A program made the translations under genes and the position numbers. Positions 25,901-36,889 of a stretch of DNA of 64,000 nt are shown here, one piece after another. How positions within the stretch are numbered: the first letter of the stretch is position 1; every line of letters starts with the position of its first letter. Location of the stretch: assembly GCA_053919585.1 (NCBI GenBank), contig CM132799.1. The stretch is one strand, 5' to 3'. The notes beneath the pieces are model-generated. The model saw only the letters and a program-made list of their open reading frames with translations, searched no databases and was not told the DNA's origin. The stretch is from Euprymna scolopes (lineage: Eukaryota).

Positions 25901-27547
25901 GGCAAAAAGGGGGCACTCTGGTTACCAAAAATAATAATTGTCCCAGTATAGAGGGTTTCCCCTCCATTGACTGGTACAAATTATCTTAAGTGCAGTATCT
26001 GCCGGAACAGATGGTGTTTATTTGCTCCCCCACTGAGCAAATTAGGCACAAGGCCGTTTTTAATGTGAGGTAAAAACCAGCTCCCCTAAAATGGGTCACT
26101 CTGGTTACCAAAAATAATAATTGTCCCAGTATAGAGGGTTTCCCCTCCATTGACTGGTACAAATTATCTTAAGTGCAGTATCTGCCGGAACAGATGGTAT
26201 TTATTTGCTCCCCCACTGAGCAAATTAGGCACAAGGCCATTTTTAATGTGAGGTAAAAACCAGTTCCCCTAAAAGTAGGCAAAAAGGGGGCACTCTGGTT
26301 TCCAAAAATAATAATTGTCCCAGTATAGAGGGTTTCCCCTCCATTGACTGGTACAAATTATCTTAAGTGCAGTATCTGCCGGAACAGATGGTGTTTATTT
26401 GCTCCCCCACTGAGCAAATTAGGCACAAGGCCGTTTTTAATGTGAGGTAAAAACCAGCTCCCCTAAAAGGGTCACTCTGGTTACCAAAAATAATAATTGT
26501 CCCAGTATAGAGGGTTTCCCCTCCATTGACTGGTACAAATTATCTTAAGTGCAGTATCTGCCGGAACAGATGGTATTTATTTGCTCCCCCACTGAGCAAA
26601 TTAGGCACAAGGCCATTTTTAATGTGAGGTAAAAACCAGCTCCCCTAAAAGTAGGCAAAAAGGGGGCACTCTGGTTACCAAAAATAATAATTGTCCCAGT
26701 ATAGAGGGTTTCCCCTCCATTGACTGGTACAAATTATCTTAAGTGCAGCATCTGCCGGAACAGATGGTATTTATTTGCTCCCCCACTGAGCAAATTAGGC
26801 ACAAGGCCGTTTTTAATGTGAGGTTAAAACCAGCTCCCCTAAAAGTAGGCAAAAAGGGGGCACTCTGGTTACCAAAAATAATAATTGTCCCAGTATAGAG
26901 GGCTTCCCCTATACTGACCGGTACAAATTATCTTAAGTGTAGTATCTGCCGGAACAGATGGTATTTATTTGCTCCCCCACCGAGCAAATTAGGCACAAGG
27001 CCGATTTTTAATGTGAGGAGTGAAGGGAGGGGGAAGGGAAAAAGGGGACCAGCTCCCGAGAGGTGGGAAATGGGAGCTGGTTAATGGTCAGGCATGTGGG
27101 GTTGCCCCCACATCTGGTCTTTGCTAGTCATAGCTGCAGTATCTGCCGGAAGAGATGGTATTTATTTGCTCCCCCACTGAGCAAATTAGGCACAAGGCCG
27201 TTTTTAATGTGAGGTAAAAACCAGCTCCCCTAAAAGGGGTCACTCTGGTTACCAAAAATAATAATTGTCCCAGTATAGAGGGTTTCCCCTCCATTGACTG
27301 GTACAAATTATCTTAAGTGCAGTATCTGCCGGAACAGATAGTATTTATTTGCTCCCCCACCAAGCAAATTAGGCACAAGGCCGATTTTTAATGTGAGGAG
27401 TGAAGGGAGGGGGAAGGGAAAAAGGGGACCAGCTCCCGAGAGGTGGGAAATGGGAGCTGGTTAAAATTCAGGCATGTGGGGTTGCCCCCACATCTGGTCT
27501 TTGCTAGTCATAGCTAGTCATAGCTTGCAGTATCTGCCGGAACAGAT
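19935..27547 (-). repeat. Head-to-tail array of 38 structured non-coding units (26 type A, 4 type B, 8 type C) inserted in a U2 snRNA 5' fragment; putative non-autonomous site-specific retroelement
   Basis: Units start (plus strand) ggtatttatttgctcccccac(c/t)gagcaaattaggcacaaggcc...aatgtgagg and end gcagtatctgccggaacagat. B units at 20528, 21744, 22535, 23737; C units at 25419, 25819, 26013, 26196, 26390, 26572, 26766, 27157. The flanks rejoin to aagaacagat|actacactttgatcttagcc, the reverse complement of the U2 5' region. Confidence 0.9.
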
Positions 27548-27576
27548 ACTACACTTTGATCTTAGCCATGTGGCCA
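27540..27576 (-). pseudogene. U2 snRNA 5' fragment (stem I and branch-point recognition region)
   Basis: Minus strand ggccacatggctaagatcaaagtgtagtatctgttc versus the metazoan U2 consensus GGCCTTTTGGCTAAGATCAA(A)GTGTAGTATCTGTTC; the remainder (atctgttctta) is displaced to 19924-19934 by the array. Confidence 0.9.
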
Positions 27577-27799
27577 ACGAAAAGTTACATTTTGGACAAG
27601 TTTCAGAAAAGTCTAATTGATAGGTAAAACATTTATGGAGGAAACAGTGTGATTATTTGCAATTTTGGTACATTTTTACCCCCTTATGAGCCTCTTGGAA
27701 TGCTGAATATCAGTTACAATGGACAAACTATGCAGTTTTACACCGTAACACATGTATATTTGACTTCAGCACCATGGGAGAGAACTATATAGATATACA

Positions 27800-27880
27800 T
27801 TTTTTTTTACACAGTGATCACCACTTATCAAGGCCCGGAAGCCACTCAGGAATAAGGGTTATTGCAAGTACAAGTACAAA
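27800..27880 (-). mobile_element. Very short 3' tail of the CR1/L2-type LINE
   Basis: T-run then caccacttatcaaggcccggaagccactcaggaataagggttattgca, matching about 14240-14285 and 56950-56985. Confidence 0.8.
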
Positions 27881-28249
27881 CGGTGCAGTTTCACACCTTA
27901 ACACATGTATTTTTACATTCAGCAACATGCGGAACCACTATATAGACATATCAAGTTTTTGTTGAGAAATATGAGAAACGCGCCAGAAGAAAGGGCGTTT
28001 TCAGTACAAAACATCCCAGTGGGATGCAAACCAGACGTTTACCAGGATCACTCATACTGAATTTATATTAAGTACAATGCCCTCCACATTTTGGGCTAGT
28101 TTCAGAAAAATCTAATGGATGGATCAAATGTCACGGGGCAAAAAGTGTCATTTTGGGCCATTTTTTATCGCTTTTGAGATGGAGTGCTTTGCATGCGACT
28201 AAAAATGCCTTAGCATGGAAGGGTTTTCCCTTCCATTGCCAAGGAACAG

Positions 28250-28678
28250 TTACAAACGTAAGTACAGCATCTATTAAGAACAGATACTACACTTTGGTAT
28301 TTATTTGCTCCCCCACTGAGCAAATTAGGCACAACGCCGATTTTTAAAGTGAGGAGTGAAGGGGAAATGGGGACCAACTCCTCGGGGAGTAGGGAAGGGG
28401 GCTAGTGACAATTAGTAATAAGGGTTGCCCCTACATTGGCCAAGGTCTTATCTGTGGGGTCGCCCCCACATAGGGTCTTTGCTTGCAGTATCTGCCCCGG
28501 CAGATACTAAACTTTGATCTTAGCTATGTGGCCAAGGAAACTTTACAAACATAAATACAGCATGTAGTAAGACAGATACTCAATTTGATCTTGGCCAAAA
28601 GGCCAAGACAAGCTTACAAAGCTAAGAACAGCATCTATTAACAACAGACCTTTGATCTTAACCAAAAAGGCCAAGCAC
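28250..28678 (-). repeat. Three tandem ~65-70 bp repeats each containing a U2 5' fragment; the first is interrupted by a solo unit
   Basis: Unit acaaa...cagcatctattaagaacagatactacactttgatcttagccaaaaggccaag; copies at about 28250-28295 plus 28501-28540, 28545-28612 and 28615-28678. Confidence 0.85.
28296..28505 (-). mobile_element. Solo type-B unit inserted in a U2 fragment
   Basis: Same ends as array units but more diverged; flanked by cagatactacacttt (left) and cagatactaaacttt (right). Confidence 0.85.
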
Positions 28679-30414
28679 AAAAGTGTTATAGACAGACCGA
28701 CCGACCAACGGACCGACGGAGTGACTTATAGAGTCGCTTGCACGCGAGTAAAAAGGAAATCAGGAAAAAAAAAAACACCACGTGCTCGGAGGGAGACCAA
28801 AATCTACGTCGAAGAAGAAAATGGATATGTGGTCGGAGAAGAAACGTGTTCGGTGAGCTAGATGGACGAAAGAAGCAAGATACTTTTAAAGTGATGTCAA
28901 GACGGGAAAGTGTGATAAATACTTTGTTAAAACAGAAAAAATGTGGACTCGGATTTTCATTTATTTCTTCACTTTTTTATTTTTATTTATTACTAAAGAC
29001 AAGTGTAACTTCATGTAATGTTACATAATACTTATTTTGGTAGACGTGACCAGGCATTTACTCATAAAAGGGACAATATAAAGAAAGAAGAAAGAAAAAC
29101 AAACGTTTTTACGGAAAAATGCAACTGCAAAAGAAATTCGCCCGAGAGTGCAAAACTTTGAAATAAAAAGAATAGGATATTGCACAAGTTGGTGAGTCAC
29201 TTGTTTGCTTTTTTCTGCTAATTTTCGAATTTTTCTTTGTCTTTTCAGTAATATTTACTTGTTTTGGGGAGACGTTGGTTATGCATAAGGAATATTGTTT
29301 CATACTCATTTTAACATAACAAATAGCTTGTATTGTTTTAGAGACGAATTTACAACTCATTTTGACTGGAACAAATTTTTGAAGTTTGTTTTTGGACTTG
29401 TTTTTTAAACTCCTGTTTTATTGTTATGAATTACTAAAGTTTAAAATTAAAAGAAAAATGGTGGATATTTTGCAAAATTGGAATAAATGTTTAAACAATT
29501 ATAACGTGTGAAAAGCAAATATAAGTACTAAAGTAAGTCCTAAGAAGTTACAATAAGTGTAACTTTATTTCTATAAAGAGTAGTAATTATATTTTAAGCT
29601 TATGGGTTGTTTATAATTTACTGTTAATCCTGGCATTGTGAAAAATGATTAAATATCAACATGTATTTATTTTTATTCATTTATTTTTATTTATTTATTT
29701 TTTTACAAAGAACCTGAAAAAATGCACGTTCTTTTTAGCTGAGCAACTTACAAATACTTTTATTTTATTTGCGAACTTTTCACCGGGTCTTGTGCTTTTG
29801 TTTGTCGTTATTTTACTGTTTGTCGATTTAGATAAATACATAAGACTGGAATATTAAAACCTAAGTAGTTTTAATTTTGAAATAAAGCAAGACTGCATGA
29901 CGTCAGATAGGACACTTGACATGAAGGAAATTATTTTTTAACTTAAACTCTTTATGACGATAAGGGGCTACAGCTTGCATTGTCGTTATTGTAGAAATAT
30001 AAATGCCTACTATATATTTGGGATGCGCGCAGTCCTCGATTATAGAAATAGAAGATGTAAACAGCGACAATTTTTTCCTGTAGAATTCGGATAGCGTATC
30101 AAATTTCCAGAGTATGTACGTGAACTTATCATCGGAAGTGAGTCATTACACTTTTGTTGATCGGTTCACAAACAAAGCAGCTAAGAGAATAAGGGAATAA
30201 ATAGTAGTGAATGAGTATACAGTGTTCGAATTAGGTGCTTCATGATAACGTTAAACTTTACTGTGACACGAAAAAGAGAAAATGCAATAAGTGTTGTATA
30301 ATGTTGATTAAAACGGACGTCTTTTCAATTATTAAATCATTCCTCTCTGATAAGTTTATTAGAGTATTCGTTCATAGGCAAAAATAAGAAGCTCACAGTA
30401 TTAGTGCTAGAGTT

Positions 30415-31410
30415 CATTACGGGTCCAGCTAGGCCCAACTCTCTTCCTGATATACATCAATGATCCCGCAAATCATATACTAAGATCATTTTTAGAACTT
30501 TATGTTGACGGCACTACCATCTATAGCCGTAAATGACCAAACTCCTCTTGATTCTCTCCCTTCTGATCTAAAGCACGTGGTGCAATAAGGAAAGGGGTAG
30601 CTGTTTTATTTTGATGCATCTAAAACTAAGCTTCTATCGTTACATCATAAACGCTTTGATACCAGTTTGGCATCAATTAAAATATGGCTCTCGTCTGTGA
30701 GAGGCTCAATGTTCTCACAAGTTTCTAGGCCTTACCTTCACTGCTGATTTGAGATGGAACACGTGCATCAAAATCTTACCAAGGCTGCTGAAAAAATGGT
30801 GGGATCGGACTACCGCTAGAGTAAATATTTCACTGCTGATGCAGTTTTCTACCTGTATAAGAGCCAAGTACCTTAAATGATGAATTACTGTTTCCACATC
30901 TTAGCAGGAGCTGCTAGAAAAACCTTACCCGCCTTAGCAAATTGACTTTGTAGCCTAGTGGATGCCCTTTTCTCTTCCCTGCAATCTCTTTCCCACAGAA
31001 GAGACGTTGCGAGCCTATATTTTCCTTATCGTTATTTTTAGGGCAAGTGCTCGGCTGAGATCCAATCTATGGTCCCCCCTTGCCTGACTTTCACAAAAAA
31101 CACTCGTCTAGATGAAACCACTATTAATAATTTGCCCCTTTATCTGCGCCTAAACCTAAACGTAGATTCAATAAACAAAGCTTCTTTCTTAGAACTACAC
31201 GCCTGTCCCGTTTTCATGCTGTCCAACTGATTATAATAGGGTCGTCTTCAAGTTCTTAACGAGCCATTCCCTTAAGTTATCTGACTTAGCAAATTTCCAC
31301 TACAAACGATTACTAGGATAGTCTCCCATTGACTACTGTACACTCATAAATCCCTCATCCTCGGGTGGCTTTTAGCTGGTGAGAAGTGATGACTCCTTTG
31401 TAAAAAAAAA
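30415..31410 (+). mobile_element. 5'-truncated CR1/L2-type LINE (RT domain to A-tail)
   Basis: LGPTLFLIYIND and degenerate YADD (YVDGTT); colinear with the 14237-15170 and 56928-57822 copies; ends tgtaaaaaaaaa. Confidence 0.85.
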
Positions 31411-32929
31411 GTGTTCTCTTGAACAATCTCATTTAAAGTTACTGAGCCATTCACAAATAAATGAGTTATAGGACTAGGAGCAATGCTATGATAACTAGTT
31501 TAGTAAAGGATTTCAAAAAAGTTTTAATCAAAAGAAAATTATTTGGGCAGTCAAGGTAAAAATCTATCAATGATCAAGGAGAGATATAAATGGTATGACT
31601 AATAGGATGTTGATAGAAACTGAAGGATTTACCTAAAGGGATGAGAAAAAAAGCTACGCGAAAAATAACACACAAAAAATATATACGTTTATATGCATCT
31701 TTAAGTTTTGAATAAACACATTTTGAAAAGTCACATCTGTTTCCTATTAGCTAACAATTATTTTTACAATAAAAATGTAGAGGACATTTATGATAAAAAT
31801 ATAATTTCTAGAGTTTTTAATTCATAGGATAATTATAATATAAAAGGTAGAATGACAAAAACTTTCAATAAATGAATTAGTAATATTTTTGTTTTCGCCT
31901 ATTTAAAAATATTTAGTTGACATTAACAAAGTATTATCACGTAATCGTAATTACACGTTTTAGTTGTGTATTACAATTAATAACCTGTTGTCAGCATGCC
32001 AAAATGATTGCTGAGTATAGTTAAATTTATGTTTATTTCTGCATTAAATACTAATCCCTGTTAACCCTAATTGTATATCGAATGGATACCACAATACTTA
32101 GTTCGCAACACCTTATTATTATTAAGATCTATGCAAAATTTAAGCTTGAACGACTCAATAACTTTCGAATAGACATACAGATATACTTAGCAAAATATAA
32201 TATAGATAGTATTACCCTTGAAACACATTCACAATTTATAAAGAGATATTATCATTAAAAGAACGTAGAATTTCCAGGGTGTTTTGCTAGTATAGATCGT
32301 TATTAATAGGCATCCAGTTTTGTCATTTGATATTTTATTTCAATTAAAATTTACATATTAACACGAATGCACGAGCTAACCATTCGTTCTCTGCTTTATT
32401 TCTTCAGCTACATAGTATTTCATCAAGTGATTTATAGTTTTACTTTTGTAGTCAAGCGTGTCATGCTTTTTCGCAATTCGGATACATCTTTCGTGAATTC
32501 GTGTATTTTTATACACATTGATTTTGGCACTTGCTTGTTTCAAAGATGGGGGGAGGCTGGGGTTATTTTGCTCGTTATTTATTTATTTTTTTTATTTCAT
32601 TTTTTTTTTTTTTTTTGTAAAGTTTGGACATGTTCTCATTTCTTTGGTCGTTTGCCAAAAAAACAAAAAAAAAACAACAAAAACAATTTATAATCTATAT
32701 GTTTCGCTTTGATTGTTGAAAGCAGCAAATATTCAATGGAACTACAATAAAGATATGATAAAGAAAAACAGCAAATGAATGATAGAACGTGCATAGGTTG
32801 ATTTTTTTTTCTTTTTACTTACGTTCGCCCCTAAAAAGGCATATCCCCATTTAATCCTATTTAGAACCATGTCTAAGAAATATTAACAAGATGTTGGTTT
32901 ACGTTACATTAAAACTTCTATATATAAGT

Positions 32930-33360
32930 CCAGCCAGTGGAGCAGGGGACAGGAAGGGTATTGCAAAGTCCAGATCTTCATGGAGATAAAATGTTAGAGT
33001 AGAAAGATTTTTGGAATTTTAGGGACTCAATATTATGTTGCTAAATTAGTTTGTCGGGGATCTGTTAGTCGGAGGAGGACAAGTGCAACGTGTTCATCAG
33101 AGCACATTCTATAAAAATACTTGTAAAACAGACGAAGAGATGCAACATTGCAGTGATGTGACAGGGGTTGAAGCTTAATTGATACAGTGGGCTTATTAAA
33201 TTGAGGACTTTTTGGGGACCCTATCCAGGAGGGAGAGACTAATGGTAGATGCACCTGCCAAGATTTGGCGACAATACTTCATGCAATACGGTGAATGCTA
33301 GCCTTGTAGAGGTACAGGATATTCTCAGGTGCGAGTCATTTTCTAGCATGACAGGAGAAA
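32930..33360 (-). mobile_element. Decayed LINE RT C-terminal fragment (related subfamily)
   Basis: ORF 33033..33254 has LQPLSHHCNVASLRLFYKYF. Similar relics lie at about 43260-43520 and 54380-54960 (minus), with 3' tails at about 39130-39370 (plus) and 49310-49470 (minus). Confidence 0.7.
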
Positions 33361-34500
33361 TTAAATAAAGTGTTTAATAAATAAAAACATTGACAAATAA
33401 CTCCTCAGAAATGCAAGTGGGAAGAAAGACACAACCAATATTAAAAATGCGTTTATACATTATTTTATGTGGTTTCATTTCGATCATTGTTAAATATATT
33501 TGTGAATTGTTTACATGCAGATTGAAAATAAAAATTATTTTTATTCTACTGTTCTACTCTTAAGACTTATTCGAACAACGTTTCGGCCAATGTAAGCTTC
33601 GATTTTCTACAGCTGTAGTGTGACAAACTCGGAAATCTTTCTATCGAACTAGGGAATCTTACTGTTGAATTAGGAATCTGCACGGAATTTAAAACGGGAC
33701 ATTTTATTCAACCTATGTGGGTAGCATGCTCTCGTTCCATGGAACGAGGTAAAAAGTATAGTCAGGAACGGTGGAGAGCAGTATGTCTTAGAAAAGCAAC
33801 GTATATACACATATATACGATCACCTACTATGCAGATCTAGTGCGTGTGTGCGTAAAATAATAATATATACATATGTGTGTGTCTGCGTGTGTGTATATA
33901 TATATGCGTATGCATATATTTAATATAGATTTGTTGTTCGTCTCTACAAAATACCAATCAAAGTTTATGTTCAAACAAATCGAATTATATTCATCGAGGA
34001 TAAAATCTAGCAAAGTATCATGCCAGAAACGTAACAAAGAAAGCAAACCGATGATTGAAATTTAAATTTCATTACTTCTTATATATACGCACTGTTACTG
34101 ACAATATTCGCTGAAATTATGATGGTATCTCAGTTTGCTTAGCTTGAATAGGAAATAGTAATTCTAACGCATTTATCACAGTCTACAATCAGATTGGCAG
34201 CTCATTATACTAAACCACACTACATTTATGTGTCCGTTTTCTTTAACAAATTATATATAATTATAAAAGAAATGTACCTGCGTTATTTTCTCCTCTGCTG
34301 TGACCTAAACATTGAAAACCGTACGCAATATACAATGTTTTGATTATTCAATGCATCTTTTGTTCGTTAGATATGCTAGATATGTTTGATATGCTTGATA
34401 TGTCACATGATAAAGACAATTTAAATGCGTTTTAATTTTTATCATAAGATGCATATTCTACCCTCAAATGCATGATTGTTATAGACCAAACACATTTTTT

Positions 34501-34580
<80 letters not shown>

Positions 34581-34581
<1 letters not shown>

Positions 34582-36719
34582 TAGCATTTCAGCTCGGCGT
34601 TGCACGGGTGTTTGGAGGTGTATGTTGAGCAAAAAAACAAGTGGTAGCAGGAAGGCAGGCTCGAACCCGTAAGGAGGAAGAAAATGGGAAAACGTGACGT
34701 CTTTGCTGTTACGACCACCGTCAAACCGGAAGTGACGTATGTTTTAATTAAGGCTAGACAATCAAAAAGAGGGGATGACTTTCGAAAATATCGGCAAAAA
34801 GAGCGACCCCCCCCCAGTAGAAAAGTGCCCAGTTGAAGGTGAAGATATTAAAGTTTTTAGCCAATTCTTCGATATTTGTCGTCTGAAAGGTCAAACATCA
34901 AAACGATACTGATCTTGTAAAATTCCATCGCCACTGTCGAAAGCTTTAGGCAGACAGACAAACATACATACATACATACAACCATACATACATACATTTA
35001 TATATTGGTAACTCAAATTTTCGACCCAAACCGTTTAAAAAGCTTGCCTTATCTGGGATTAATTTGGTAGAGATCGCAGAGGTCATTTTTTTTTAAATTT
35101 GACCGCTATTTTAACCCCTTAACATTTATTGTTTTGAGCTCAAATCAATTTATTAAGTTAGATCCATGTCCAAGGAATCTATTTCTAAAATTTCAAGTGT
35201 TTATACCCTAAATTGTCGGAGGAGTTTTGTAGAGTTCTCAAAGGTCAATTCGTTGAAGTTCGACCCCTTAACAGTCACGTTTCTGCCCGAAAACGGATTA
35301 CAAAGTTTTTCCCAAATCTCCATACCTTTATATCAAATTTCGAGTCTGTAGACTGAAAATTGACAGAGTTATTGCGTAGGGAAATGTACACAGACAGACA
35401 GACACACAGACAGACATACACTGTCACTTTTATAGATATATAGATACTAGCATTTCAGCCCGACGTTGCCCGAGTGTTTGGAGGTGTATATTGAGCAAAA
35501 GAAAAGTGGTAGTAGGAAGCTTGAACCCGTACCGCGTAGGAGGAAAAGAACGGGGAAAAAAACCTAACGTCTTTGCTGTTACAACCACCGTGAAATTGGA
35601 AGTGACTTATGTTTAAATTAAGGCTGGACAATCTAAAGGAGAGGATGACTTTCAAAAATATATGCGAAAAAGCGACCTCCCCCTGTAGAAAAGTGCCCAG
35701 TTCAAGGTGAAGATATTAATATTTTTAGCCAATTCTTGGGTATTTATCGTCTGAAAGGTCGGACTTCAAAACGATACTGATCTTGGTAAAATCCGTCGCC
35801 TCTGTCAAAAGTTTTAGGGAGACATGCAAATATACATACATGCATACATTTATATAATAGTAACTAAAAATTTTCAACCCCAACCGATTAAAAGGCTAGC
35901 CCTATCTCTGAATACCCTTTATGTAAAATTTTAAATGTTTAGACCAGAAATTGTCTGAGTAATTTGGTAGAAACCGCAAAGGTCAATTTTTTTACACTTT
36001 GACCCCTATTACAACCCCTTAACATTTATTGTTTTGGGCTCAATTCAAGTTATTATGTTAGATGCATGTCCAAGTAACCCATATCTAAAATTTCAAGTGT
36101 TTATACCCAAAATTGTCGGAGGAGTTGTGTAGAGTTCTCAGAGGTCAAATCGTTGAAGTTCGACCCCTTAACAGGCAAATTTCTGGCTGAAAATGAATTA
36201 CGAAGATTTTTCGAAATCTCAGTACTCTGTACATAAAATTTCAATTCTGTAGACTAAAAATTGATAGTTATTGCGTAGGGAAATGTACACACACAGACAC
36301 ACAGACACGTGCACCTTTATATACTAGCATGAGTGCCCGGCATTGCCCGGGTGTTTTGAGGTGTATGTTGTTAAAAAAAGGTCAATTTTTGTAACTTTGA
36401 CTCCTTAAAATTTATTGCTTAGGGCTCAAATGGAGTTATTAAGTTAGATACATATCCAAGGAATCTATATCTAAAATTTCAAGTGTTTAGACCCAAAATC
36501 GTCGAAGGAGTTTGGTAGAGTTCGCAAAAGTCAAATCGTTGAACTTTGACCCCTTAATCGCAAAATTTCTGCCCGAAAACCGATGACATTGATTTTCCCA
36601 AATCTCAGTACCCTGTATATCAAATTTGGAGTCTGTAGACTTAAAATTGACAGGTTATTGCGTGATGTACACACACAGACACACACAGACAGACACTTTC
36701 ACTTTTACAGATATATAGA
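34581..36719 (-). mobile_element. Three tandem non-autonomous Helitrons (34581-35444, 35447-36322, 36324-36719)
   Basis: Each begins on the plus strand with ctag and a GC hairpin (cccggcattgcccggg-like), which is the 3' hairpin plus CTAG on the minus strand, and ends in (caga/caca)n...tttata(...)ga, approximating the 5' TC end; bodies are homologous. Confidence 0.8.
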
Positions 36720-36889
36720 TATATACATGTAATTTCGTTTGACAATCAGTCATTTGGTGGTGGAATATACATCACATAATAAAGATCAAAACGTATTTTA
36801 ATTGTCCTAATCCTGTCCCATTGACAACTATGATTAATCCATAGGACAACATAACCACATATTTGTTTACATTGGATTTTTATCTCGCA

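Larger units (their letters stand above)
19860..28752. mobile_element. Probable Helentron/HINE-like host element carrying U2-derived repeats and both insertions
   Basis: gtcggtcggccggtccgtaacac (about 19866-19888) is an imperfect inverted copy of gtgttatagacagaccgaccgac (about 28683-28705); right end gacttatagagtcgcttgcacgcgagtaaaa has a terminal hairpin. The family assignment is inference. Confidence 0.45.

Noticed and set aside
20245-27306. Repeated ORFs of 60-109 aa within the array (for example ...ACSICRNRWYLFAPPP...)
   Set aside because: They occur on both strands, frames break with unit-length indels and no domain is recognisable; they are by-products of a GC-rich repeat.
19935-27547. 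CRISPR array (constant segment alternating with variable segments)
   Set aside because: The constant part is about 80 bp, the variable parts fall into only three recurring families, no cas genes are present and the context is eukaryotic.
27540-28678. Functional U2 snRNA genes
   Set aside because: Only about 35-40 nt of the 5' region is present; there is no Sm site or 3' stem-loops.
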